From Octopus vulgaris (taxonomy: Eukaryota), in the NCBI GenBank assembly GCA_951406725.2, contig OX597841.1:18166001-18230000 (forward strand): a stretch of DNA of 64,000 bases. Reading direction: 5' to 3'. Positions 49,398 to 63,965 of this stretch are shown in pieces; positions within the stretch are counted from its first letter, which is position 1, and each line of letters opens with the position of its first letter. The notes below the pieces were generated by a model. That model was not told the DNA's origin. It saw nothing but the letters and a program-made list of their open reading frames with translations, and did not search any database. Both the position numbers and the translations under genes were made by a program.

Positions 49398-49781
49398 CCA
49401 AATAAACACAGGTACAAACCATTTATTCTTCACTTGTTTATTCTTCTCCTTATTTTATGTCTGGAAATCTTTTGTCACACACCTGTGGCCTCTTCAGTGA
49501 CTCTCCATCCCATGTATCTCCTCGTGTTCTGCTTAGTCCATTCTCTCTTTTTATGTGTACCCTTACCTGTGCATGCATTTGTATACAAAACACATGCACA
49601 GGTAAGGACACACATCATACAGAATTGGACTTAACAGAACAGGAGGAGACACATGGGATGGAGGGTCACTGAAGAGGTCACAGGTGTGTGAGGAAAGGTT
49701 TCCAGACAATGGACATAAAATAAGAATTTAAAAAAAATATCTGAAGTGAAGAATGAATATATTGTGCATGTATTTATTTGG
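49398..49781. repeat. About 385-bp fold-back element with hammerhead-like cores in both arms
   Basis: Arms pair almost to the centre (CCTTACCTGTGCATG/CATGCACAGGTAAGG). Plus 49665-49707 reads GTCA-CTGAAGA-GGTCACAGGTGTGTGAG-GAAAGGTTTC-CAGAC. Confidence 0.8.
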
Positions 49782-49818
49782 TACGAAAAACAAATGACTA
49801 TCTTGAAATATAACAATA

Positions 49819-49851
<33 letters not shown>

Positions 49852-50211
49852 CTATATAATTCGAATTATTAATTGAATTTAAATTATCCTTATTCGAATT
49901 GGTTACGGGCATGAAACGATCGTAGTGTTTTTACTATTTATCTTGTATAAAACTTTTAATACCTTTTGATAGTTATATAATTTACAAAAAAAAATAAAAT
50001 AAAATAATAATAATAAATATATATATATATTTAATATTTATAAGTTTAAATTATTCAAATAATTTTTTAAATTTTAACTTTAATTTAAATATTTTAATTT
50101 GGAATTTTATATTTTATATTTTTTAATTAATTTTTTTTCTATGTATTGGCTAATGATTTTCACTGTTTGATTTGCCTAATAGTGGTTTTATCTCTAATTT
50201 AATATAATATA

Positions 50212-50266
<55 letters not shown>

Positions 50267-50491
50267 GTGAGAGAAAGAGCCATGATTCAGCTTTTCTTCT
50301 GCTGTGTATTGGCAACATTATCCAATATATTTGGCTCTTTTGTTACAGTTTTCCTTTCTAAGTTGAGCAAACATTCTGAGATACTATCTTTGGCTCATTT
50401 TATGTGTGAGCGTCTGCTTCTGTGGAGGGGGGGGGGGCATATAAATTTGTAGCTCTGTCATTATGTGAAGGTGGTCTCTTAATGCCTGGTT

Positions 50492-51876
<1,385 letters not shown>

Positions 51877-54236
51877 ACATAAGCCCCAAGACAGCTCCCT
51901 ATCATCCTTTGTCTTCTCTTTCCTTCAGACTTGCTCTATCAATAACTACATAATCCAATATATCATGTTTTACTAAGACAATAGGTCATGGTTTGAGTCA
52001 CTCTTAGCTACTCTTTCTAGCAGGTCAAGCAACCACACAGTGGCTTCCTTTTTAAGAGATATGGAGATAAGAGATCGGAGCAGAAAGAGACGTTGGTAGA
52101 TTGAGGTGGAACACGGCACGGGTGGATTCAAGTGTGGGTGTAGAAGAGGCAGGGGTGGATTGAGGTGAGAGTGATGAAGGGGTGTAGAAAGAGTATAGGT
52201 GGCAGTGAAGGTGCAGTTGTGGTAGGAGGATGCAGAATGGTCAGTGGTGGTGGTGGTGGTGGTGGTGGTGAGGTCACCTGATGGTAGGGGAGGTTTAGGT
52301 GTGTGTCATGTCAAGGAACCACATCCAGGCTCTCTTAGCTCAAGCATGCATGTATTAATAGGATATAATTGGGCAGATGGCCTGGTTGGAAAATTAGGGG
52401 CTTCACTTCATAAATATTAGGAGACAGGTTCAATTCTACCAATTGGCATTTTAGGTTAAGTGTCTTCTGCCCTCATTTCAGATATATCTCAGCCCCGTGG
52501 GAGAATTTAAACTTTGTGAAAGCCCATTCAATAGACTATCTCCAGTTACAATCTAACCCCTTTGCATTTAAACCAGCCATTTCCAGCCCAAATACTCGAC
52601 CAGCCAGGTACAGGCCCCTCACACTTACCCTACAATGTCATTCTCAAAATAAACAATCACATAGGTGCAGGTGTGGCCATGTTGTAAAAAGTTTGCTTCC
52701 CAACCACATGGTTCTGGGTTCAGTCCCATTACATGGCACCTTGGGCAAGTGGATTTGGCAGATGAAATCTGAAAAAAGGGCAAAGACCCCACACTGGTCA
52801 TGAATGACCATAGGATTGCACCTAGAAAGTTACCCCCTGAGGCACGGGTTGTTTGTGGAAGACCAGCAGCCACCCATGCATACCAGCCCCCCTTCTCCAA
52901 AGGAAAGGCAAAGGGGCCGATAGGGCTTGGCACCAGTGATGTTGCAACTCATTTCTGCAGCAACATGAAATAAAGTGTCTTGCTCAAGAACTCAACACAC
53001 AGCCTGGCCCAGGAATCAAACTCACTACCTCATGATTGTGAGTCCGACCCTCTAACCACTGAACCATGCACCTTCACACATACACGAAATGACTATGAGT
53101 GAGGTCCTTGGTTCAAATCCACCACTGGCATTTTATTTGTGCTTGTGTTGCCCATTATAGTCTAGACTGCTCCAGTTTACCTGTCTTTCAGGGTGAACTG
53201 GTACGACAACGGTGTATATCAATCCAAGGCCACTTTCCACAAAGCCATCACCTTACCAACACATACAAACACTATAGTCTTCTCTGTACACACATGTATG
53301 TGTGTGTCTAGACAAGGGGACACACAGACATGAACACACGGAACAGTCTTCTTTCAGTTTGCTCCTATCAAACCCATTCACAAAGCTTTGGTCGCCCCAG
53401 GGCTATAATTAAAAACGTTTGCCAAAAGTGCTGTGCTATGTGATTGGACAGGAACTTCCTGGGTTCAATCCCATGGGCAATCATGACTGAAGGATGTTTG
53501 TGTGTCATACAGGCTCAAGGTGGAGTATTTATTCCAAGGCCCCTACATCACATCAAAGTATCCCCATATTTTTTTGTGCAGATGCCATCAGAAGTTGCTT
53601 CATCTGATCCTGGAGGTCTACTACCATTGGCTGGTTCCCAAAGTAGTTGTTTTCCCTGCTAGAAATAGGCAAATGATAGGAGGGTCCAGAATCTGAAGCA
53701 AAACTCTGAGAGCCAGAACCGATTCCACAAGTCAGCTTCTCTGATGTTGAATCAGATGTCACCCAACTGAGCAGTAAAGAAGGAAACTTATCTTGCAAGC
53801 AGACAGGGATATATATCTCCATTGGTTGAGTACTTGACTGTGTATTGAGACCCCTCCTTCAAATCCAGGTGTCACCAGATTTTCTAGTGCTGTTGCCCCG
53901 AATTATAGAAAGCCAGTCCACCCCATAGTGTGGCCTGGTTGCTGTTATGAAGGACATCCAACCGACAGAATGAAACTGAGAAGCAAGTGCAAGGGATAGG
54001 GTCCTGCAACACATCTAGGAGAACAGTAACTAGAAATAAGATGTTAGTAGGACCTTGAAAGCACATCCTACATATGTTGCTATGGAAAACAGATATATGA
54101 TGTGGATGGTAATATATGTTGATGTGTTCATGTGTGTGCAGGAATTCATTAGAATTTTATTGACACTGACAAAGTATTGAGTGCATTCTTCAGTTGGTGT
54201 TCATTGTTTTTTATGCCTATAAGAACATACTGCCAA

Positions 54237-54270
<34 letters not shown>

Positions 54271-54807
54271 CCTATCTATCTATATATATATCTATATATA
54301 TCATCATTTAACAACTGTTGTCCATGCTGGCATGGGAGAGATGATTTATATATACAGGGTTAGCCAAAAGATTAAAACAAAAAATTATTTTATGAGACAA
54401 ATGTTGAAAAAAAACGGTGGTTTTAACTCACAGGATTCAATTAATAAACATTCATAATTGGAAGGAATAAATAAAAGTTGAATATTAAGTATTTATGAAA
54501 TTTTGATTTACTATCCAGTGACTTTCGGCCAACCCTGTGTGTGTGTGTATATATGTATATATATAAATATATACATATATACTTTATTTAAAGCAACAGA
54601 AAATGTTGAATTTTCTGCTGCTTTTAAATAAAGCATATTACTCTACCTCTAGTATTTGAGTACTCTTTTTTCCCCCACCTTGTTTCACATTTGTGTGTTT
54701 ACTCCGGTATATACATATATATATATAGAGGGATGAGTGTATGTATGGGTGTGCATGTGCATGCAATATATAGATTGTATGTAACACACATATGCAAATA
54801 CATATGA

Positions 54808-54841
<34 letters not shown>

Positions 54842-55334
54842 GTATGTGTGTACATGTGAGAGAATATGTGTTAGTCTCTATCTACTGAGCTACAGAAAAA
54901 GGTTAAAGTATATATTAGAAATATATAAAAAAAAAGATAAAAATACAAATCCTCAAAAAAGATAACTGTGGGTGTGTGCGTGTGAGGGGGGAGATGGGGG
55001 TGGGGGCTAGAAACGGAGTGAGACAAAGCTGGAAGGGAGGAAGGAACCATACTCAAGCCTAAAAAAGACCAAGTTTGGATAGAATATGTTTGTATGTTGG
55101 AGATTAGGGCTGGGTCAATGTGCTGGGGTTGGAATTTTTTAAGATTCTCTACTTCCGGATAAGGGGTCTCTTTGGGGATTTAAAAAAAAAAAAAACTTTG
55201 CTAGAGATGCATTTTAGAGGTTCTAAGAGTGGTTGGGTTCTGGGTGTGAGAGGGACCAGCATTAGGTTTATGGTATGTCTGAATACAGGGGCAATTGTGG
55301 GATTAGGGGTCATGGTTATGGAAATGGGTTTGTT

Positions 55335-55725
55335 AACTCTTTACTCTTTTACTTGTTTCAGTCATTTGACTGTGGCCATGCTGGAGCACCACCTTTAGTC
55401 GAGCAAATCGACCCCGGGACTTATTCTTTGTAAGCCCAGTACTTATTCTATCGGTCTCTTTTACCGAACCGCTAAGTGACGGGGACGTAAACACACCAGC
55501 ATCGGTTGTCAAGCAATGCTAGGGGGACAAACACACACACACAAACGCATACATATATATACATATATACGACAGGCTTCTTTCAGTTTCTGTCTACCAA
55601 ATCCACTCACAAGGCATCGGTCAACCCGGGGCTATATCAGAAAACACTTGCCCAAGGTGCCACGCAGTGGAACTGAACCCGGAACCATGTGGTTGGTAAG
55701 CAAGCTACTTACCACACAGCCACCC
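55335..55725 (-). mobile_element. SINE-A, full length
   Basis: Homology to 938-1341. Confidence 0.9.
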
Positions 55726-56052
55726 CTGTTAAGTGTTTTTACTTTGGACTTTTAATTTTATGGAGATGGGTTTCATTTTAGAAGAGATGAGTTAGATACC
55801 AATTAGGGGACAATACTTTTGGAAGAATACCATATACCTAGTTGTATTATAGATAAGACGTGGGCTCCATCCAAGTCAGGTTTAATCAAGCAGACCTATG
55901 ACCAAAGACATTCCAGCAGTGCCCACCCCAACCTTTTCCTAAATGCAAGGAACCCAGAATAACATTATTTGATGTGACCCTTTTTATGACACTGGGGATA
56001 ATTCAAGGGAGATTTGCTTGCTATTTCCACCATGTCAAGCATTCACTTGCGG

Positions 56053-56458
56053 CAGTGATTCTCAACCATTTTTCACCTATGGACCCCTTTGATTACTAGT
56101 TTTACTTTGGTGGACCCTCATAGCCGCTGGATGTTTAAAACCTAGTTTTATAGACGCTTCTTTCAAAATCCTTATTTTGTTTCTCATACATCCACTTGCA
56201 TTTTTTGTCATTTCATCTAGTTTCAACTCACGAGCTGTGACCATGCTGGGGCACCGCATATGTTGAATTATGTAAAGCATTAGAGAAAGGAACCTTGCTG
56301 TTCCTTCTTTCTTGCAATAAATACATCTAAAGCAAAATTTGTTCATGGACCCTTAAAATACTACTGTGCACCCCCAGTTTACTATTTTGCCTGCGTGGAT
56401 CCCCCAAAATCTTATAAGGACCCTAAGGGGTCAAATGGACTCCAGTTGAGAACCACTA
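56053..56458. mobile_element. hAT-type MITE with an inserted LINE/SINE tail fragment
   Basis: CAGTGATTCTCAACC...GTTGAGAACCACTA. Homologous to 60237-60538 apart from an insert near 56200-56265. Confidence 0.8.
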
Positions 56459-56684
56459 ACTTAGAGGCTTCTTTGTGGGTTTTGTGTCAAGGTGTTGCTG
56501 CTTTTAGCCCCAAATCAAAAACTCAGATCAAAGACAGTCCAGCTATGACCATCTCATCTGTCATTCAGATATAATGCATCTTATATTGAACGTACTTTTC
56601 CTTGTTAACTTTTTTGATGCCAATCCAACAAAGACCACACCAGATTCTTCGATACAAACTCCTTGTTTAATATATTTTTTTTTA

Positions 56685-57550
56685 TTTACTTCGGTTGTTT
56701 GAGTGTGGCCATGCTGGGGCACTGACTTGAAGGGTTTTAGTCAAACAAATCAACCTCAAGATTTGTTTATTTAAGCCTTATTCTATCAGTCTCTTTTGCC
56801 AAACTCTGCTGTTATGGGGATGTAAACACACCAACACCGTTTTATCAAGCAGTGGTGAGGGGACAAACATACACACACACTCCTATGTACATACACAATG
56901 GGCTTCTTTCAGTTTCCGTCTATCAAATCTGCTCACATGGCTTTGGTCAGCCAAAGGTTATAGTAGAAGACACTTGTCCAAGCAGAGGAACTGAACCCGG
57001 AACCATGTGGTTGGCAAGCAATCTTCTTACCACCACACAGCCATGCCTGTGCCTATAATGGCACATGATTTAAGAGAAACTATGCCCTGTGGGTCAATTA
57101 GACATCCAACAGCTTTCTGTTTTGAGCTGGGTTGATTAGATTGTAAATTTGCAAGGGGGGGGGGGGTGCCGGATAGGTTCTATATTCTTTTATTCTTTTA
57201 CTTGTTTCAGTCATTTGACTGTGGCCATGCTGGAGCACCACCGTGAAGAGATTTAGCTGAACAAATCGACCCCCAAGACTTATTTTTGAAGCCTAGTACT
57301 TATCCTATTGGTCTCTTTTGCCAAACACCGCTATGTTATGGGGATGTAAACAGACTAACACCAGTTGTCAAGCTGTGATTGTGGAGGAAAAACACAAATA
57401 CTCACATATATATGATAGGCTTCTTTGAGTTTCCGTCTACCAAATCCACTCACAAGGCTTTGGTTAGCCCGGAGCTATGTCAGAAGACACTTGCCCAAGG
57501 TGCCATGCAGTGGAACTGAACCCGGAACCATGTGGTTGGGAAGCAAGCTG
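56685..57550 (-). mobile_element. Two diverged SINE-A copies (56685-57055, 57185-57550)
   Basis: Homology to 938-1341. Confidence 0.8.
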
Positions 57551-57779
57551 GCCTGACCATATTCTTAAGAGACAGGTGAACCTATCCTTTTATATACTCT
57601 GGACCCCTTATACCAGTATCCCAGCCTGAATGCTTGCAATATAGTAAACTCCACAAAAAGCACCTGAGGACCAGGTGATTCTGATAAAGCAGACAAGACA
57701 TACAACCCCAAGGCCCAGCCCTTGTTGATGCTTTAGCCTTGATTGCCTAAATCATCCTGAGAGCTAAGACTGAAGCACA

Positions 57780-58420
57780 GGCGCTTGGTAGGTCCTCCTT
57801 GTCTTGTAACAGCACTTACTCAGGAAGGGTTAAGCTGGCTGCTATTGTGTTCAATGCGTCACAGGTCCAGGTGGTTCACACGTCTTTCGGCAGCTGTGTT
57901 GAAGCCATTCCTGGTTCCAACAAAGAATGCCAAAAACTTGAGGGCTGGAATTGAGCCCTATATCTGCTTTGACTGTTGTGAGCCATGTCTTCAGCTGACC
58001 ACCTCTCTGCTTATGCCAATCCAGAGGAGGATCTGGTGCTATCACCTTCTGGACAAGTTTGTCATGGGGGCACCACAATGTGTGACTGAATCACCATAGC
58101 CTCCTCATCAGAAGAGTCCCCTCAAGAGGCGAGAGATTGCAGCGAGGATGAAGTTGTTGGTTCAAAAGCAGTCAGATATATTCAGTCGGAGAAGACAACA
58201 AATACAGAATGATTGAAGACCTCCAGCTTCTGGAGATCAGCAACAACGCATTGTCCAGGTCCGACAACCGTAGAGGAGAACCATTTGGACGAGTGTCAGG
58301 TAAATATGGCATTTTGTCACGAGGCGGGTTTCCTGGTGCAACCCCAAGCACTTATGGAGGCAGCAGAAGGCCAACTGCATGCGATTGATCTGAATGGAGA
58401 TCTTGTCCTTAGATCCTCCC
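57780..58420 (-). mobile_element. RTE-clade LINE 3' fragment
   Basis: TKCHIYLTLVQMVLLYGCRTW...IAPDPPLDWHKQRGGQLKTWLTTVKAD. Confidence 0.82.
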
Positions 58421-59503
58421 ATGCTGGAAAGGTCAAAGGGTAGAGACCAGATTAATAGGGACCTTCTCTTCTCAAAAATAAAAACAGATCTACATAGGGT
58501 CAACAGCCCTACTTAGATAAGGTAAAATCACAGAAACATCAATGACAATTCCAAACCAACAAGACCTGGCAGAAGAAACAGAAAGAAACCCTTTAGCATT
58601 TAAACTGGCCATAGCCAACCAAAATATTCTGCCTCTCTCATGTTCAAACTAGCCAGATCTGGCTTCTCACACCAACCCTACAATATCATTATCAAAATCT
58701 CACAGCTACAAGATAATTCATGACTAATTCAAATCAATGTGAATAAAAAAAGCATTACTTTTGATAGAAAAATGTGAAATTGTGGAAAGCCTTTGCTCCA
58801 TAGGAAGCAAAGGGCTTAAGTAAGACAACCATGAGTCTACCAATGATTGGGACAACTACCACAAGGTACTTCCTCTAATGCTCTAACAATTCTACTAATC
58901 CATTACCCCGGATCGGCACTTTTTTCCTTAATTCCAGAAGAAAGCAAAGCTGGCCTTGGTAGGATTTGAACTCAGTGCAGAGAGCTGAATTAGAAACTGT
59001 GAGAGGGTTTGTCCTGCACTGAGACAACTCTGCCAATTCACCAGTTCTGAGCGGAGGGGGGGGGATATGTGAGGTTATGCATGGCATATTTTGGTGACAA
59101 GATGAATTCTGTCCCAGTGAGATCTGGATTACGTACCTGGATGGATTTGAGACTGGGTAGAGAAGAGAGGGCTGTGTGTTGGTGTGTTTAAATGGCCAAG
59201 GAAAGATGGATAATATATGTTGCTGTAGATGAGGCTGGAGTGGAGAGTATAAGGCCTGCTGTGTGTTTAAATGGAGAGGGAAAAGTGGGATGTATGCGGG
59301 ATTAGGGTAGGAAGAGAGAGAGAGAGAGAGAGAGAGAAACGGGAAGAGGTTGGGTAGAAAGGTGGGATAGAGTGGGTAGGGTAAAGAGAGGAGGGCTCCG
59401 TGTGTTAAGGAGTTTGAAGGGGCAGGGGAAAGAGGAGTTACAGGGCTCAGTTAAGAGGAAGAGTTGAATTTTTTTTTTGTTTTTGGTTATATATAGACGT
59501 TAC

Positions 59504-59650
59504 CTCGCCCTCATTGATACACCCGCTAGTGGACTTGGCCAGAAAACACAGCCCCACACTGCTGCTGCTGCTGCTGCCACTACCACTGTTGCTGCTGCTG
59601 CTGCTGGAATTGACGTGGGTCTTGGAGCAGCTGACCGATTCTGTGGACAG
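59504..59650 (-). CDS. Candidate 147-bp phase-0/0 exon encoding a Ser-rich peptide (LSTESVSCSKTHVNSSSSSSNSGSGSSSSSSVGLCFLAKSTSGCINEGE), possibly part of CYRI/FAM49
   Basis: CTCTAG| acceptor after an AG-free zone of about 180 nt, GAG|GTAACG donor, open frame, GC-rich non-TE sequence. No homology recognised. Confidence 0.5.
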
Positions 59651-59769
59651 CTAGAGATGTGTTGTGCAGACGACGAAGGAGGATGACGATGACGACGACA
59701 ATTACGACGACAACACACAAAAGGAAGGAAGGTGAAAAAAAAATTAAAATAAAATAAATGTATATATGT

Positions 59770-59821
<52 letters not shown>

Positions 59822-59916
59822 CAAAAGTGACACTGCCAAAACAATAAAAAAAAAAAAAGAGGTAGGGAAACAAAAAAAAAAAATATTGATGTTGCTGTCT
59901 TGTCCTTTTTGTCTTT

Positions 59917-60099
59917 GACCCTTTAAGTATCAAAACTGGCCAGATCTGGCCTCTCACACCAACCCTACAATGTCACTTTAAAAATAAACAATCACATCAT
60001 CAAAATCTCGAAGCTACGAGATAATGCATCACAATTGAAAACAAGGTGAATATAATAAGAATAACATTTAATTGAGAAATCTGAATGCTAAACGATTAA
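59917..60099 (+). mobile_element. piggyBac-like MITE family
   Basis: Family termini resemble (TTAA)CCCTTTAGCATT...AATGCTAAA(GGGTTAA), core CCAGATCTGGCCTCTCACACC.ACCCTACAATGTCA. Other copies near 18796-19010(-), 30048-30270, 52555-52660, 58587-58785. Confidence 0.6.
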
Positions 60100-60236
60100 T
60101 ATAAAAAATGTGTGAAGATAAGGAAGAGCATTTGTTTGAAAGATGTTGTACGAAGGACAACTGTTTCCAGGTTAAATCTCTTTTTTCATTAAAGATGTTT
60201 TAGATTACCTCATTAGCCTTTCATGATTGTCTAGAG

Positions 60237-60538
60237 CAGAGGTTCTCGACCATTTTTTTTATCTTTGGATCCTTTTGGTTACTATTTTATTCTGGCGGAC
60301 CCCTATAACCATTTGATGTTTAAAAACTAGTTTTATAGAAACTGGTTTCAAAACCCCTATTTTGTTTTCCACACATTAACTTGTGTAGGTTGAATTATGA
60401 AAAAAGTTGGAGAAAGAAACCTTGCCGTTTCTTACAGTACATACTAATATATACATCTAAAGCAAAATGTTTTCAGGGGCCCTTAAAATACTATTGTAGA
60501 TCCCCAAATCTTCTATGGACCCCAGTTGAGAACCACTG
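60237..60538. mobile_element. hAT-type MITE
   Basis: CAGAGGTTCTCGACC...GTTGAGAACCACTG, degenerate 8-bp TSD GTCTAGAG/GTCTAAAA. Confidence 0.85.
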
Positions 60539-61714
60539 GTCTAAAACAAAGACATTCCTCAATGGATTAATATTTCAAGACCCTGTCAGCTTCAGCATCA
60601 GGGATGAAATTATAGCTGTGATGTGCTGTTGTCTCATGGTTGCCAGCAGTGACGGATCCGGGGAATAATCTAACTGAAATCTTCATTTAAAATTGCTTAA
60701 CAACTGCCTCCTGGTACTTCTGCTGAGGATTTCAGACGTGGTGTAGCGCTATGTTAATTTGGGGTTTATATTTTATTCTTAATAAAACTGCCACAGCTAA
60801 AGTACGTGTGCAGGTGAGACGAGCATATGAAACAAATACTTGAGTGGGTTTTATGAGAAAGTATACCCAAGTGCAGAGATGGCTGTGCGGGTGTGGGAGA
60901 TGCAGGCAGAGCTGTGTGAAGAGAGAGGTGCAAGCATGGGTTTGAGGCTACAGGGTTCACTTCACTACCATGTGGCCTCATATTCTAACTCACAACACAG
61001 CACCGAGAGCAAAATAATGTCTCATATTGTAACTTCAGGCTAACCAATGCCTTGTTTCAGAATTTTGGAAAAGGAAAGTGTAATACATGAGGGTGAGGGC
61101 CCATCATATATTGCTTTTGCAGGTTTCAGCCAAAGGCTGTGGCCATGATGGGGTACGACTACATAATATGTCATACATGTATGTATATTCTTGTAATTGT
61201 CATTTTAGTAAATAAATAAATAAATTGACATAATATAATGTCTAAAAGTGGATGAATGCCACCTCTTCATCCCCTCCATTACTACATAACCACTCCTATG
61301 CCTATGATACACACATATATAAACATACATCTATATATATATACATACATATGTACATACATACATATACATACATATGTATATATACATACATATGTAT
61401 ATATATACATACATACATATGTATATATATATACATACGTATGTATATACATACATATGTATATACATACATACATATGTATATACATACATACATACAT
61501 ACATATGTATATATTTACATATATACATGATGAAGATGATGATGGCCATCCACTCGTGACCGAGGAAGACCATTGCCGACCTTCAGGAACATTATATATA
61601 CATACATACATATATATATATATACACACACACACACATTCAAAATGTAACTGCGTGTGTACCGTTGGCGATTTTTTTTCCTTCATTTTCCCTTTGGATT
61701 TTTCCCTTTCCTAT

Positions 61715-61750
61715 GTTTCCGACGAAGAGCTCCGCTCGAAACGTTGAGAC
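61715..61750 (+). ncRNA. Minimal hammerhead-like motif in a Penelope-like terminal repeat
   Basis: GTTT-CCGACGAA-GAGC-TCC-GCTC-GAAACGTT-GAGAC. More decayed relatives at 34208-34241 and about 47303-47335. Confidence 0.45.
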
Positions 61751-61844
61751 CTCCTTCTTTCCTGAGCGTGCAATAATACTATACTTGTTCCACGGCCTCG
61801 CATTGTTGTGTTTTCTCTTTGTGTTTTCATGTTTGGAAAAACTT

Positions 61845-61875
61845 TATATATACATTTATATATATATGTACATAC

Positions 61876-61906
<31 letters not shown>

Positions 61907-61953
61907 CATATATATACATTCATATATATACATACATACATATATATTCATAC

Positions 61954-61993
<40 letters not shown>

Positions 61994-62559
61994 ACATACA
62001 TATATACATACATATATATATACACATATATATATACATACATATATACATACATATATACATACATATATATATATATACATGCATATATACACATACA
62101 TATATATACATTCATATATATATATATGCATATATATATATATACATGCATATATATATGCATGTATATATATACATGCATATATATATATGCATGTATA
62201 TATATGCATGTATATATATATACATGCATATATATATACATGAATATATATATACATGAATATATATACACATGAATATATATATATACATGCATATATA
62301 TATATACATGTATATATATATACATGTATATATATATACATGTATATATATATATACATGTATATATATGCATTTATATATGCATATACATGCATATATA
62401 TGCATTTATATATGCATATACATGCATATATATATATGCATATACATATATATATAGATACATATATATATATATATATATATACATATATTTACATATA
62501 TATGCATATATATATGCATATACATATATATATAGATACATATATATATATATATATGT

Positions 62560-62600
<41 letters not shown>
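61845..62600. repeat. Long compound (TA)n/(TACA)n/(TGCA) microsatellite
   Basis: Direct inspection. Confidence 0.95.
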
Positions 62601-62603
<3 letters not shown>

Positions 62604-63089
62604 TGGTCAGTTAGCAACTGAACTTCACAACCTCAAATGTTCCTAAGATTCATATCTACATCTTTATCTGTATATTTACCTTCTCTAAAATGTTACTAAT
62701 TGATTTGAAAGCTTTTGTATTATTGGAAAACCGATATAAATTGGCTGAAGAGCACTCAGCATCTTAAATCTGCTGTAATATTTACAGCTTTTAATAAAAT
62801 GTTGTAGTATGAAACAATTGTACCAAATCACCAGAGTCATTCTTGTTGCTTATTTTTGTATATACATACATATATATATATATATACATACATACATATA
62901 TATGCACATAAATATGCATACATATACACATTCACACACACACACACACACACATATACATATATATATACATATACATACATACAAACATGCACACATA
63001 TATGTATGTATGTGTGTGTGTGTATATATATATATGTGTGTATGTGTGTGTGTGTGTGAATGTGTATATGTATATGTATATATATAAAA

Positions 63090-63514
63090 TCCTTAAAAAT
63101 GTTTCAGCCTGAAGGCTGTGGCCACGCTGGGGTAGCACCGCTGAATGAGCTACACTAATATGTGAATCCACCTCTGATACGTGGCACTTGGTCAACAAGG
63201 GAGTTCGATGCCGCTGCCTGCATCTGTGCCTCCTGTCGTGAGGTAGGTTCATCTGGGACCCCCGACAAGAAGAGATCCAGTTTCATTTTAAAGAAATCCA
63301 CATCCACACCATGCAAGTCTCTCAGGCATTTAGGGAGGATGTTAAAGGGCTGTGGTCCTCTGAAACCCAAGCTGTTGCAGTATCTGGTCCTGTATTTTGA
63401 TGGTGATGTTGGAATCTTTGGCACCATGCAGTGGCGCCCCGTTCTGCGGTTGGGGTAACTTTGAATGCCAAAGTTTGGGACAAGACTCTCCAGGATTTTC
63501 CAGATGTATATCAC
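63090..63514 (-). mobile_element. CR1-like LINE 3' end including 3' UTR stem-loop
   Basis: IYIWKILESLVPN...GPQPFNILPKCLRDL...FKMKLDLFLSGVPDEP...AASNSL, then GCGGTGCTACCCCAGCGTGGCCACAGCCTTCAGGCTGAAACA. Confidence 0.88.
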
Positions 63515-63595
63515 AGATGTATATGACTGGTAGCTGAAACTAGTCTAATCCGGTGATCGCAGAGTCAATCATGGCACAGTAAATACCCTATGTCA

Positions 63596-63680
<85 letters not shown>

Positions 63681-63802
63681 AATATATATATATATTGTGC
63701 ATTTCGTACATTAAGGATTTTAACTATTATTTCTTGCAATATATGCGCTTTGGCACCCTCAGCCACAATTAGTGACAATTAAATATATATATATATATAT
63801 AA

Positions 63803-63965
63803 AGGCGTAGGCATGGCTGGGTGATAAAATGCTTGCTTCCTAAGCACATGACTCTGGGTTCAGTCCGAATGCATGGAACCTTCGGCAAGTGTCTTCTACT
63901 ATAGCCACGGGTCAACCAAAGCCTTGTGAGTAGATTTGGTAGATGGAAACTGAAAGAAGCCCATT
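63803..63965 (+). mobile_element. SINE-A 5' half
   Basis: Homology to 938-1100. Confidence 0.8.

Noticed and set aside
53490-53860. Host exon (PEPIPQVSFSDVESDV)
   Set aside because: In-frame stops and no splice sites. At best a decayed LTR integrase tail.
61252-63087. Many Ile/Tyr/His-rich ORFs
   Set aside because: (TA)n/(TACA)n microsatellite translations.
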